DNA of 36,101 nt from positions 1 to 36,101 of the forward strand of contig JBBRDV010000008.1 of the NCBI GenBank assembly GCA_038203565.1, read 5' to 3'. Source of the stretch: Atribacterota bacterium. Lineage in GTDB: Bacteria > Atribacterota > Phoenicimicrobiia > Phoenicimicrobiales > Phoenicimicrobiaceae. The notes under the pieces were generated by a model. The model saw only the letters and a list, made by a program, of their open reading frames with translations, did not search any database and was not told where the DNA came from. Positions 1-10,159 of this stretch are shown here, piece after piece. How positions within the stretch are numbered: the stretch's first letter is position 1; each line of letters opens with the position of its first letter. The position numbers and the translations under genes are program-made.

Positions 1-181
1 AACAAATTATCAGAAGACTTGGGATCAAATCTTCCCTAAGTTTTTCATGGAGTTAATAAATTTTTAATTTTCATTTTATAAAAACTTAATTTTTTCTTTA
101 TAGAGATTTTAGATTATAATATTAAAATAAATGAAAATAAAAGATTATATCTTTAGATTTATTTTCACTAGGAGGTAAATC

Positions 182-1243
182 ATGAAGAAAAAACTGGTTA
201 TTCTTGTATTTCTGTTATTGGGTATTATGGTGATAGGGAATATTCAGACTACTGCTCAGGAAAGTATAAAGTTGAATCTTTCTCAAGCTGTAGAAATGGC
301 ATTAGCCAATAATCTTGAATTCCAAAAAGCCGGTTACCAGTCGGAAAATGCAGAAATTGATGCCAAAAGGAATGAAGCTGAAAATCTGCTAACCCAATCT
401 AATTTATTAGAAAGACAAAATGAATTATCACTCATCCAGGAAAAAGAGCAATATCAACAGAAAAAAGAAGACCTGATTATTCAAGTCGTTGATGAATATC
501 TCCAATTGAAATTAGCTCAAAAAGACTTGCAAGTTAAAGAAAAAGAGTTAGAGTTGGAAAAAAATACCCTGGAAGATATAAAAGTTCAGGTCAAAGCCGG
601 ATATAAAGTTCAACTGGATGTCCTGGTACAGAGTAATGAATATTATGATGCATTATTTCCCTTTGAAAGTGTAAAATTAGATTATCAACAATTGTTGGGA
701 AATTTTCGAGTGACCTTAGGATTAAATTCAAAAAACCAATTTGAGTTAGTTGCAATAAATGTCCCCGATTTTAAAGAAATTGGATTAGATGAAGCATTGC
801 TAAAGGGAAGGCAAAATAGTGTTACATTACTAATGAATACTCTGGAAATTGATTTGGCCAGCCTGGAATTAGAGAAAAGCAAGGTTTCGGATACTCCGGA
901 GATAGATTTAAATAAATTGGAAAACAATTTGGCCATAACAAGGCTGGACTATCAAATTGCCCAACAAAATCTGGATTATCAGATACAATCTCAATGGCAA
1001 AATTATATGCAGACAAAAAATGACATTACATTAAGTCAAAATAGCTTAAATCAAATAAAAGAAAATAAAATAATCATCAGCAATCAACTTAAGGCAGGAT
1101 TAGCAAGTGAAGATGATGAACTATCTGCTATTATAGGTGTCCTTCAAGCAGAATATCGAATAGCTTCCTCAGTTCGAAATTATTACAATGCCCTACTTAA
1201 TTTACAATCCATCATGGGAAATCTGAATAAAGGAGATATATAA
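182..1243 (+). CDS. TolC/outer-membrane efflux family protein (short, almost all-helical)
   Basis: AGGAGG RBS; signal peptide; LNLSQAVEMALANN and LDEALLKGRQNS helices mark the two OEP repeats; first gene of an efflux operon. Confidence 0.75.
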   Translation: MKKKLVILVFLLLGIMVIGNIQTTAQESIKLNLSQAVEMALANNLEFQKAGYQSENAEIDAKRNEAENLLTQSNLLERQNELSLIQEKEQYQQKKEDLIIQVVDEYLQLKLAQKDLQVKEKELELEKNTLEDIKVQVKAGYKVQLDVLVQSNEYYDALFPFESVKLDYQQLLGNFRVTLGLNSKNQFELVAINVPDFKEIGLDEALLKGRQNSVTLLMNTLEIDLASLELEKSKVSDTPEIDLNKLENNLAITRLDYQIAQQNLDYQIQSQWQNYMQTKNDITLSQNSLNQIKENKIIISNQLKAGLASEDDELSAIIGVLQAEYRIASSVRNYYNALLNLQSIMGNLNKGDI

Positions 1244-1245
1244 TA

Positions 1246-2637
1246 ATGAAATTTAATAAAATAATATTTGGGTTCATCACAGCTATTATTACAACAAGTA
1301 TTTTACTCCTTCCCAGCGTCCTACAGGCCAAAGAGATAAATTTGAAAGAAGCTATTGATTGGGGAATACAGCATAATTACGATTTGGAGGAAATCAGATA
1401 TAATATCGAGACATTAGAACGAGATTTGGAGATACTTGATGCAGGTAAAGCCTTTCAAGTTAGTTTAAATGCTACTCCGATATGGGATTTTGGAGGAAGA
1501 AGTAGCGATACCAGTCTGATTACACTTACAGCTGAAAAAACTATTGCCGATGATTTAAATATTTCGGCTGATATCTCCTGGAATGAAAATGCTTTTACAG
1601 ATATGTCTTTCGAGGGAATCATAGCAGGTGCTAAGGCAAGTATTCAAGTCGAAAAACAAATTTACCCTGATTCCTATACCCAAAGTGAACAACAAATCTT
1701 CCAAACTGAAAATAATTTAAAAAAGAAAGCCGAAGAATTAACCTGGAAGGAAACAGAAAAACAAATTGATTTTATTGAAAGCTATCTAGCCCTTGTCCGC
1801 TCAACAAAAGAAGTGAATATTGCTGATAAAAGGTTACAGTTAGCCACCGAAGAACTAGAAAGAGTACAGCAACAGATTCGCTTAAGTGAAGGGGGCTACC
1901 AACAAGAAGCCGAGGCAAAAATAGCCTTAATGGAAGCAGAGAATCAATTTTTTAATTTAAAGCAAAGCTTGGCTCAACAACAGAAAGAATGGTACCTGGA
2001 ATTGAATCTGTCGAATGATGTTCAGGTTCAGTTCAAGGAAGAACCTTCTTATTTAGGTACATTAAGGTCAAGCATGGAGCAATTAACTTTAGAGAATGAA
2101 AAACAAGAAACCTTGCTCAAGCAAGCACTGGAGAAACATTATCAAATAAAGAATACTTATATAGATAAAGAAGTTCTTTTAAAAGAATCAAAATGGACGG
2201 AAAATGAAGGTAAGCCACAAATGAATATCAATGGCGGATATGACTTTCTCGACGATTACTGGTACGCCATGTTAGATTTATCCTGGAATCTAACCGATGG
2301 AGGAGCACAAAAATTAAAAGAAAAGGGAGCTGAAGCAACCATTCTTCAAAAAGAAAAAGAGCTCGGCCAATTAACAAAAAAATTACAGCTTGAAATGAAT
2401 CAAATAATAGACCAGGACCAATATAATCAACTTAATTTAAAGGCAAAATTAGCCGCTTTAGAACAAGAACAATATACAAAAAATATTTTAGAAAAACTGT
2501 ATCAGGAAAAGATTATTTCTTCTACCCAATGGCAAAATCAGCTAATTGCCCTGGCGGAAAAAGAACTGAAAGTTAAAGAAGCTCAGGATTTAATATTGGT
2601 TAATCGCTTAAGATTAGCACATTTTTTAGGTATATAG
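1246..2637 (+). CDS. TolC family outer-membrane efflux protein
   Basis: Signal peptide; INLKEAIDWGIQHN; amphipathic beta segments (FQVSLNATPIW, PQMNINGGYDF, LDLSWNLTDGG); long coiled coils. Confidence 0.8.
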   Translation: MKFNKIIFGFITAIITTSILLLPSVLQAKEINLKEAIDWGIQHNYDLEEIRYNIETLERDLEILDAGKAFQVSLNATPIWDFGGRSSDTSLITLTAEKTIADDLNISADISWNENAFTDMSFEGIIAGAKASIQVEKQIYPDSYTQSEQQIFQTENNLKKKAEELTWKETEKQIDFIESYLALVRSTKEVNIADKRLQLATEELERVQQQIRLSEGGYQQEAEAKIALMEAENQFFNLKQSLAQQQKEWYLELNLSNDVQVQFKEEPSYLGTLRSSMEQLTLENEKQETLLKQALEKHYQIKNTYIDKEVLLKESKWTENEGKPQMNINGGYDFLDDYWYAMLDLSWNLTDGGAQKLKEKGAEATILQKEKELGQLTKKLQLEMNQIIDQDQYNQLNLKAKLAALEQEQYTKNILEKLYQEKIISSTQWQNQLIALAEKELKVKEAQDLILVNRLRLAHFLGI

Positions 2638-2662
2638 CGCAAGGAAAGTTGAGGACAGACGA

Positions 2663-3745
2663 ATGAGAAAAAAGAAATGGTTTTTATGGATCATGGTCCT
2701 ATTAATTTTGGGGACAGGCAGTTTTTTCGGATTCAATTATTGGCAATCCAAATCCAAAACAGAAGCAAATTCTGGAAATAAAATTCAGTCGGTTGATTTA
2801 GACTCAGTGATTGAGGTTGAATTGGGAAATTTAAAAAAGACAGTTCCTGCCAGTGGTTTTCTCCAGCCGGTCAATTCTATCAATCTTAATTTACAAACCA
2901 GCGGAACAGCAGGAGGTATTGTTGAAAAAATTCTGGTACATATTGGTGAATTTGTGGAAGAAGGACAAGAATTGGTTCACTTGAAAGATAAAGAGGAAAG
3001 ATTAAATTATTTAAAGGCAAAAAATGAATACGAGCTGGCGAAAATCAATGGTTCTCCCAACCTGACACAAGAAGAAAAGAGGTTGGCTATGGATTTAGCT
3101 CTGGAAAAACTTGAAGCACAGTCTATTAAAGCTCCTTTCTATGGTAAAATTATCAAGATTTATGTCGAGGAAGGAGATAACATTGAAAAAACTGATAATA
3201 TTATTTACTTGATTGATGAAACTGCTTATGAAATTGAAGTTTCAGTCAGTGAAGTGGATTGTATGGATATTGAAGTCGGTCAGGAAGTAGAAGTAGAACT
3301 GGATATTTTGGATGATAAGGTTTTTACCGGAAAAGTGGTGGAAGTGGCGGATTATGCCACAGCAGAAAGTAATGTAGTAACGGTGCCGGTGACCATTCGA
3401 TTGGATGAAGTGTCAAAATTTTTCAAACCCGGATTTTCAGCATCAGCGGAAATTATTGTTAGCTCAGCGAAAAATGTTTTGCTTGTTCCGGTTACATCTC
3501 TTGCCACAATGGGACGTGATACGGTGGTCTTAAAAGTTGAAGGCGGGAAAACAGTACCTACTCCGATCAAAACCGGAATCAGTGACAGCTATTACCTGGA
3601 AGTGATCGAAGGATTAAAAGAGGGTGACAAAATTATTGTCAATAATTACCAGATGAATACAAAAGTCGGTTCTGGTAATAATATGCCTTTCGGTGGCGGG
3701 GGCGCGCCTCCTGATATGGGTGCAGCCATGCGTATAATGCGCTAA
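2663..3745 (+). CDS. Efflux periplasmic adaptor (MacA/HlyD-like membrane fusion protein)
   Basis: N-terminal TM helix; lipoyl half-motifs GIVEKILVHIGEFVEEGQEL and IKAPFYGKI; C-terminal EVIEGLKEGDKII. Confidence 0.92.
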   Translation: MRKKKWFLWIMVLLILGTGSFFGFNYWQSKSKTEANSGNKIQSVDLDSVIEVELGNLKKTVPASGFLQPVNSINLNLQTSGTAGGIVEKILVHIGEFVEEGQELVHLKDKEERLNYLKAKNEYELAKINGSPNLTQEEKRLAMDLALEKLEAQSIKAPFYGKIIKIYVEEGDNIEKTDNIIYLIDETAYEIEVSVSEVDCMDIEVGQEVEVELDILDDKVFTGKVVEVADYATAESNVVTVPVTIRLDEVSKFFKPGFSASAEIIVSSAKNVLLVPVTSLATMGRDTVVLKVEGGKTVPTPIKTGISDSYYLEVIEGLKEGDKIIVNNYQMNTKVGSGNNMPFGGGGAPPDMGAAMRIMR

Positions 3746-3761
3746 TAAGAGGTGAAGAAAT

Positions 3762-4448
3762 ATGACTAAAGTAATTCAAATTGAACAACTGAAGAAGACT
3801 TATCATTTAGGAAAGGTAAAAGTTGAAGCCTTACGAGGTGTGTCATTCGAAATTAACACCGGAGACTTTGTTTCCATCATGGGACCTTCCGGTTCGGGAA
3901 AATCGACCTTGATGCATATCATCGGCTGTTTGGATTATCCCACCGAAGGGAAATATTTTCTATCCGGTCAGGATGTTAGTAAACTGAACGACAATCAATT
4001 GGCTCTGTTTCGTAATCAAAAAATTGGATTTGTCTTTCAAGAATTTAATTTACTACCCAAAGCAACTATTTTAAGAAATGTGGAACTTCCCTTAACTTAT
4101 AATAACACTCATTCTAAAAATAAAAAACAGCTTGCTGTTCAAGCTTTGGAGGAAGTAGGATTAGGTGATCGATTAAAGCATCGACCTAATGAAATATCAG
4201 GTGGCCAAAAACAGAGAGTAGCTATTGCCCGGGCATTAGTCAACCATCCCTCTATTATTTTGGCAGATGAACCGACTGGAAACCTGGATTCAAAAACCGG
4301 TCAGGATATTATGAATATTATCAAAAAGTTACATGATGATGGAAATACCATTATTTTGGTTACTCATGAACCAGAAATAGCACAATATGGGAAGCGAGTT
4401 CTCCATTTAAAAGATGGCGTAATCGATAGAGATGAGGTGATAGTATGA
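3762..4448 (+). CDS. ABC transporter ATP-binding protein (MacB/LolD type)
   Basis: Walker A GPSGSGKS, signature ISGGQKQR, Walker [13 protein letters not shown]-loop VTHE. Confidence 0.96.
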   Translation: MTKVIQIEQLKKTYHLGKVKVEALRGVSFEINTGDFVSIMGPSGSGKSTLMHIIGCLDYPTEGKYFLSGQDVSKLNDNQLALFRNQKIGFVFQEFNLLPKATILRNVELPLTYNNTHSKNKKQLAVQALEEVGLGDRLKHRPNEISGGQKQRVAIARALVNHPSIILADEPTGNLDSKTGQDIMNIIKKLHDDGNTIILVTHEPEIAQYGKRVLHLKDGVIDRDEVIV

Positions 4449-5665
4449 TTTTGCAAAGCCTAAAAATTGCCCTGGAGAGTTTATGGGCAAATAAAATGCG
4501 CAGCATCCTCTCCATGTTGGGAATTATTATTGGCGTAGGGGCTGTTATTGCCATTGTTTCCGTAGGTACCGGTTCAACCCAGCAAATCACTTCTCGTATT
4601 GCCAATTTGGGTTCCAATATGATTACCGTTTATCCCCGATCAGTAAGAGGACAAGAAGGAAGAGTCAGCAGTGTAAGCTCTCAGGAAAAATTTTCTTTGG
4701 AATTAACCGATTATATAGAAAAATTTTGTCCATCGGTCATAAAGGTGATTCCGGTAAAGCAGGTTAACGGAAGATTAATTTCTGACGATATAAATGTTAA
4801 TGCCACTATCTTAGGCACCAATATTGATTATGCCGAAGTGAATAATTATGAAGTGGATGCAGGTAATTTTATCAGTGAGAATGATGATGGGGAAAGAAGA
4901 CAAGTCATGGTATTGGGCTCTCAACTGGCTGAAGATTTATTCGAAGATGATAATCCCATTGGCAAAAGAATTAAAGTAAACTATGGGGAACAAGTCTATA
5001 TGTTTGATGTAATTGGTGTCATGAAGGAAAAAGGCGGTTCCATGGGTGGAAGCCTGGATGACCAAGCTTATATTCCTTTATCCGTTGCCATGGATAAATT
5101 GACCAATAGTAATTTCGTCACTTCCTATATTGCCCAGGCTGCTTCAACAGAAAAAGCATCTACTGCTGTCAATGAACTGAAAAATTTTATGGTTAAATTT
5201 TTGGATGATGAAGCTCAGGAAAAATTTCGGATTCTCAGTCAAGATGAGATTCTTGATACAGTAAGCTCAGTCACCGGGACCATGAGTATAATGCTTGGTG
5301 GAATTGCTGCTATTTCCCTTCTGGTTGGTGGAATTGGAATTATGAACATTATGCTGGTTTCGGTAACCGAACGGACCAGGGAAATCGGTGTTCGAAAAGC
5401 ATTGGGTGCCAGGAATGCACATATCTTATTTCAATTCTTGATGGAATCATTAAATTTAAGCATTTTCGGCGGAATTTTAGGCATTGGATTTGGTTGGGTA
5501 GCGGCTTACTTTTTATCCCAATACGGTAATTGGCCTATGGTCATTGCTCCTCTTTCTGTCGGACTTGCTTTCGGTTTTGCCTTATTTATCGGTATCTTCT
5601 TTGGCCTTTATCCGGCCATGAAAGCAGCAAAGATGAATCCGGTGGATGCATTACGATATGAATAA
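4445..5665 (+). CDS. MacB/FtsX-type ABC permease
   Basis: RSILSMLGIIIGV; large periplasmic domain; GIMNIMLVSVTERTREIGVRKALGA; C-terminal PVDALRYE. Confidence 0.96.
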   Translation: MILQSLKIALESLWANKMRSILSMLGIIIGVGAVIAIVSVGTGSTQQITSRIANLGSNMITVYPRSVRGQEGRVSSVSSQEKFSLELTDYIEKFCPSVIKVIPVKQVNGRLISDDINVNATILGTNIDYAEVNNYEVDAGNFISENDDGERRQVMVLGSQLAEDLFEDDNPIGKRIKVNYGEQVYMFDVIGVMKEKGGSMGGSLDDQAYIPLSVAMDKLTNSNFVTSYIAQAASTEKASTAVNELKNFMVKFLDDEAQEKFRILSQDEILDTVSSVTGTMSIMLGGIAAISLLVGGIGIMNIMLVSVTERTREIGVRKALGARNAHILFQFLMESLNLSIFGGILGIGFGWVAAYFLSQYGNWPMVIAPLSVGLAFGFALFIGIFFGLYPAMKAAKMNPVDALRYE

Positions 5666-5721
5666 ATAATAATAAATTAGACAGGCCGCCCGAAGGGTTT
5701 TTAATGATTTACGGATTATTT

Positions 5722-6411
5722 TTAAGCATTAAAGCGATAACCGGAACCCCAAAGAGTTTCAATATAACGAGGACTCTGGGGGTCTTTCTCAATTTTATCC
5801 CGTATTTTTTTAATATGAACGGCAATGGTGGTAATATCCCCGTAGGAATCATTTCCCCAGATTCTGTCATAGATGGCTTCTTTGCTAAAAACAACATTGG
5901 GATTAGATGCCAGCAAGTTTAATATGTCAAATTCTTTGGTAGTAAGACTTATTTTATTACCCCCGAGATAGACCTGACGGGCAGTTTGGTTAATAATTAA
6001 ATCTTTTATACGAATTTCTTTACTTGCCGCACCCTGTTGTCCGGTAAGCCGCTCAAACCGGGATAAATGAGCTTTTACTCGAGCCACCAGCTCACTTGGA
6101 CTAAATGGCTTACTGATATAATCATCAGCCCCCAGTCCAAGACCACGAATTTTATCAATATCTTCTCCTTTAGCAGAAATAATGAGAATGGGAATATTTT
6201 TCCCCTTTCTAATTTTCTTACAAATATCAAAACCGTCCATATCGGGCAGCATTAAATCTAATAGAACAAGGTCATAATTATGCTCCAGAGCTTGATTCAA
6301 TCCTTCTCTGCCGTTATTTTTAATATCAACCTGAAAGCCATCAATTTCCAGATAATCTCTTTCCAGTTCGGCGATGCTTTGCTGGTCCTCAATAATTAAT
6401 ATTCTTTTCAT
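5722..6411 (-). CDS. OmpR/PhoB-family response regulator
   Basis: REC domain (IEDQ, LLDLMLPDMDG, KPF) plus winged helix ending ETLWGSGYRF. Confidence 0.96.
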   Translation of the reverse strand: MKRILIIEDQQSIAELERDYLEIDGFQVDIKNNGREGLNQALEHNYDLVLLDLMLPDMDGFDICKKIRKGKNIPILIISAKGEDIDKIRGLGLGADDYISKPFSPSELVARVKAHLSRFERLTGQQGAASKEIRIKDLIINQTARQVYLGGNKISLTTKEFDILNLLASNPNVVFSKEAIYDRIWGNDSYGDITTIAVHIKKIRDKIEKDPQSPRYIETLWGSGYRFNA

Positions 6412-7925
6412 GGTTTTTCCCCCGTTTTTATTATTTTCGAAAAGCTATGGGTTTTCTTTAATGTAAAGAAAATACTGGTACCCTTTCCTTCCTGACTTTT
6501 TGCCCAAATTCTACCTTCATGGCTTATTACTATTTCTTTGGCAATATAAAGACCCAAACCGCTTCCACTTGAATTAGTAGACCGGGCTTTATCGGCTTTA
6601 TAAAAACGTTCAAAAATATTGTTTAATGATTTTTCTGGTATTCCCTGGCCGTTATCTCGAATTTCTATTTGGGCTTCTTCTTTTTTTTCAGTCAATTGAA
6701 TGGTAATAACCGGATCGATGCTTGCCTTATGATTCACAGCATTATTGATAATATTTAAAATGACTCGTTTTATCTTTTCTCTATCAGCATAGACCATTTC
6801 TTCCTCATGATAATCGGCATCAAATTTTAATATAATCCCCTTTTCAGCTAAATAAAATTTTAATTCTTCAACACAATCAGTTAAATAGGCCTTGATATCA
6901 ATCGGCACAAAATTTAAAGGAAGTTCCTTTAATTCTAATTCGGATAACTGAAATAATTCATTAATCAAAGATTCCATATTTACAGTATTTTGATAAATGG
7001 TTTTAAGATATTTGTCTTTTTTCTCTTTTGAACTGGGAATACCGTCTATAATTCCCTCAATATATCCCTTTATTGTGGTAATGGGAGTTTTCAAATCATG
7101 TGATATATTCGAAATTAATTCATCACGATTATTATCATATTTTCTTTTTATTTTCTCAGTTTCTTTTAATTGTTTTCTTGTTTCTTCAAAGGTTCTTGAC
7201 AAATCTCCGATTTCATCTTTTGCAGTGGTGTTTATTTTAAAATCATAATTACCCTTTCTAATCTGCAGGGCAGCATTCTCCAATTGAGTTAGAGGTTTAA
7301 CGATATTTCTTGATAATATGTAAGTAGTGATTGTGCTAATGATAACAATAGCAACAAGAAAAAGAATCAAAATAATGAAAACCGAATAGCGGAATTGTGC
7401 CAAATCTTCTAAAGTAGAAGTAACATCACTAACAATTAAAGCCTCGCCTTTGGATTCATCAGAAAAGCGAAAATCCAACTTTTCCAAATATATATTTTCA
7501 TTAAAACTAATAATTTTCTTATTCGGAAATGACTGAATTTGTGAATTCATGGTTTCTTTATCTAAATCAAGGCTGGAAAGAAAAGGAGAATAGTAAACTA
7601 TTTCATTATTTTTTCGGATAATAATACCGCCATTAGATGCATTCATAAAAGCATCCAATTGTTGAATATATTTAATATCTTCTAATGCTTCAGGGTTTTC
7701 TCTTAATACACGATTTACAACCCTATCTGCTATTCGTATTTCTCTTTCTAAAAGGTCTAAATGCCCTCTGGACGCTTCTTCTCTTACAAAATCTTTTGAG
7801 GGTAAACCAAATCTTGAAATACTTTGATAATTTTTACCGATAAGAATACTCACAATAATTAATAAAAAGATGGTAATTATAATCGTAATAAAATTTGAGA
7901 CCCATAGTTGTTTTCTGATAATCAT
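6408..7925 (-). CDS. HAMP-domain sensor histidine kinase
   Basis: Two TM helices; HAMP (DEIGDL); H-box SHDLKTP; N-box; DNGQG; GSGLGL; overlaps the response regulator start. Confidence 0.96.
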   Translation of the reverse strand: MIIRKQLWVSNFITIIITIFLLIIVSILIGKNYQSISRFGLPSKDFVREEASRGHLDLLEREIRIADRVVNRVLRENPEALEDIKYIQQLDAFMNASNGGIIIRKNNEIVYYSPFLSSLDLDKETMNSQIQSFPNKKIISFNENIYLEKLDFRFSDESKGEALIVSDVTSTLEDLAQFRYSVFIILILFLVAIVIISTITTYILSRNIVKPLTQLENAALQIRKGNYDFKINTTAKDEIGDLSRTFEETRKQLKETEKIKRKYDNNRDELISNISHDLKTPITTIKGYIEGIIDGIPSSKEKKDKYLKTIYQNTVNMESLINELFQLSELELKELPLNFVPIDIKAYLTDCVEELKFYLAEKGIILKFDADYHEEEMVYADREKIKRVILNIINNAVNHKASIDPVITIQLTEKKEEAQIEIRDNGQGIPEKSLNNIFERFYKADKARSTNSSGSGLGLYIAKEIVISHEGRIWAKSQEGKGTSIFFTLKKTHSFSKIIKTGEKP

Positions 7926-8164
7926 TTTTTAATATCATCCATTCATTTTGGTATTAAAATAATTAACTTTGTTAAATAAAGCGATTACTTTTCCTATTGA
8001 ATCGTCTCCACCTCAACTAAAAATATATATATTAATCTTATTGTATTATAATACATGTTTCTAAAAATATTATTAAAGTATTCTTAAAAATTTATAAATA
8101 TCAAATTAAAAAAGAATAATTTGGAAAAAAATATTATATAGGCGTAAAACCTTATGCGAATTAG

Positions 8165-8325
8165 ATGATACAATTTTATTATTTCTACTCGCTGCTGCTC
8201 TCCTACAGAGAGTTGCCATACTTTTGCCTTTGGGTCAACATGCAGACCATGAACTTTACTATTCCCCGCATCTCTACTTTTTCGACTTTGGTTAAATTTG
8301 TTATTTTAGATACATCTTTTTTCAT
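8165..8325 (-). pseudogene. Remnant of a sugar/nucleoside ABC ATPase with a large internal deletion
   Basis: Manual translation: MKKDVSKITNLTKVEKVEMRGIVK, then in another frame HGLHVDPKAKVWQLSVGEQQRVEIIK (ABC signature region); Walker A missing. Confidence 0.8.
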
Positions 8326-8376
8326 ATTAAAATATGAATTAAAGCTCTGTTCCGTATGAGCACTCTTAATCTTTTT

Positions 8377-9792
8377 TTATTCCTCTACTTTGACCTCAAT
8401 GTTTCCCTTAACTATATCCTCAATAGTTTTACCTACAAGTGCTTCCTCATTTACGACAATTTTAAGACCGCCGTTAGCCAAGTTAAGAGTAAAGATTTTA
8501 CCTCCTTTTTCTCCCTTCTGAATCATTTCAATCATCGGTCTAAGTGCGATTGCCCAAATAACATCTACGCTAGCGACCACATTCTGTGGGGCAAGGGCAG
8601 ATTGGTCAACATCATATCCGAACCAGAGGGCTCCTCTCTGTTTTGCTACTCCTATTGCTCCGACTGTCATCTGTGATGTTCCGGTAAGAACATCTGCTCC
8701 GGCATCAATATGAGTTTGTGCTGCTTCAGATGCAAGGGCAACATCACTATATGAGCCAATCCAGGTTACATTTATTTTAGCATCCGCTTTTACCGATTTT
8801 ATACCTGTCTTGAAACCTTCGGTATAACGTTTGGCATCACCGGTCTCAATGGGGCCGATTACTCCATAAATATTACTCTTGGAAAGTTTTGCTGCCAGGA
8901 CACCGTTAACATAGCCACCTTGTTCAGATAAAGGTTCATAAGCAAATATATTGGTAATTCCAAGATCGGTAAAAACATTTGCGGTAGATCCCCGGGCAAA
9001 ACTCGTTTTAGTAAAATCAGGAGCAATATCCGTTAAAGAGGCACCATACTGTGAACCATGGGCAATTACCAGATCATATCCCTCGCTGGCGTAGTCTCGA
9101 ATAGCAGCAGCAGCGTCTGATACTATAAACATGTTCTCTGAATAAACAAACTCAAAATTCTCCTTGCCCATTTCTTTTTGAACCCATATCTGAATAGCAT
9201 TTACGGTACTGAATAGAAGCGCACCGGTGAGAACAATTGTCGGACGCCAGGCTCCAAAATATACCAGGGCAACGGCAATAAAGCCCATCCCATCAGTTAA
9301 ATTTTGCTGAAATACATTAAGCAGTGCAATAGAAAGAGATGCACCGGCAATTCCCGAGAGCATTCCACCTAAGACTACCGTAAAATAACGGATACGCACA
9401 ATATTAACCCCCAGTGAATCGGCTGCCTCCGGGTTCTGACCAACAGCTCGAATACTAAAGCCTAAAGGGGTCTTATTCAATATAAACCAGGCAAGAGGAA
9501 TCAGGGCAAATGCACCATACACCAGGATATTTTGATGGAAAAAGATTTCGCCTACAATCGGAATGTTAGAAAGCCAGGGGATAGACAAGGGGGAAAAACC
9601 GCTCACTGTTTGAACTGTTCCTACCATAGTGCTGAATAAAAGACTGCTAAATCCCAGACCGAATATATAAACCCCGATCCCGCTGCTCCCCTGTTCGGCC
9701 TTTAAGGTAACATTAATAAAGGCAATCAAGAGGCCAAATATCGCTCCGGTCACTATTGCTACCAATAAACCAAGCCAAAGATTATTGGTTAT
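8377..9792 (-). pseudogene. In-frame chimera of a truncated nucleoside ABC permease and a truncated BMP-family binding lipoprotein
   Basis: Permease motifs (IRAVGQNPEAADSLGVN, GMGFIAVALVYFGAWRP) switch at WVQ/KEMG (~9180) to BMP motifs (GYDLVIAHGSQY, YVNGVLAAKLSKS); no permease N-terminus and no lipoprotein signal. Confidence 0.75.
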
Positions 9793-9844
9793 TTCTGCTA
9801 ATTAGTAAAATTTTCATTTTAACTATTTGTTTTGAAAGGACATG

Positions 9845-9994
9845 TTATTTCTCGGATTTTCTTCTGTTTTTGCCAGTTCTTCTATCCTGGCCACTTCTGC
9901 GTTCAGGTCCTTTATAATTTGGGTTATCAAATTTCCTGCGGTCTTCCCCTGTTCTTTTTTCTTTTCCGGAACGGCGCTCTTCTTTCTTTTTCAT
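9845..9994 (-). CDS. 49-aa Arg-rich microprotein MKKKEERRSGKEKRTGEDRRKFDNPNYKGPERRSGQDRRTGKNRRKSEK
   Basis: AGGAGGG RBS before ATG; upstream SigH-like promoter; internal repeat; YKGPERR motif; below the ORF-track length cutoff. Confidence 0.75.
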   Translation of the reverse strand: MKKKEERRSGKEKRTGEDRRKFDNPNYKGPERRSGQDRRTGKNRRKSEK

Positions 9995-10051
9995 ATAATT
10001 TTTCCCTCCTTTAATTTACCTGTTTAATATTCTTTAAATACTATAATCAAA

Positions 10052-10077
10052 GTTCTACAAAGGTGAAGCAAAATCCT
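10052..10077 (-). promoter_or_regulatory. SigH-like promoter of the microprotein
   Basis: AGGATTT-N12-GTAGAAC resembles the Bacillus SigH consensus AGGAWWW-N11/12-RNNGAAT. Confidence 0.5.
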
Positions 10078-10159
10078 TCTTTTTTGAGAGAAAAGTTTTT
10101 AGCTATTAGTTGTTGTATAAATGGGTAAGAGATTTTGGAAGTAAGACGGGTAAATTAGA

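Noticed and set aside
8165..8676. Plus-strand ORFs of 64 and 106 aa
   Set aside because: Shadows of the minus-strand ABC remnants
9832..10027. Two plus-strand ORFs of 60-61 aa
   Set aside because: Antisense shadows of the minus-strand microprotein, which has the RBS and promoter
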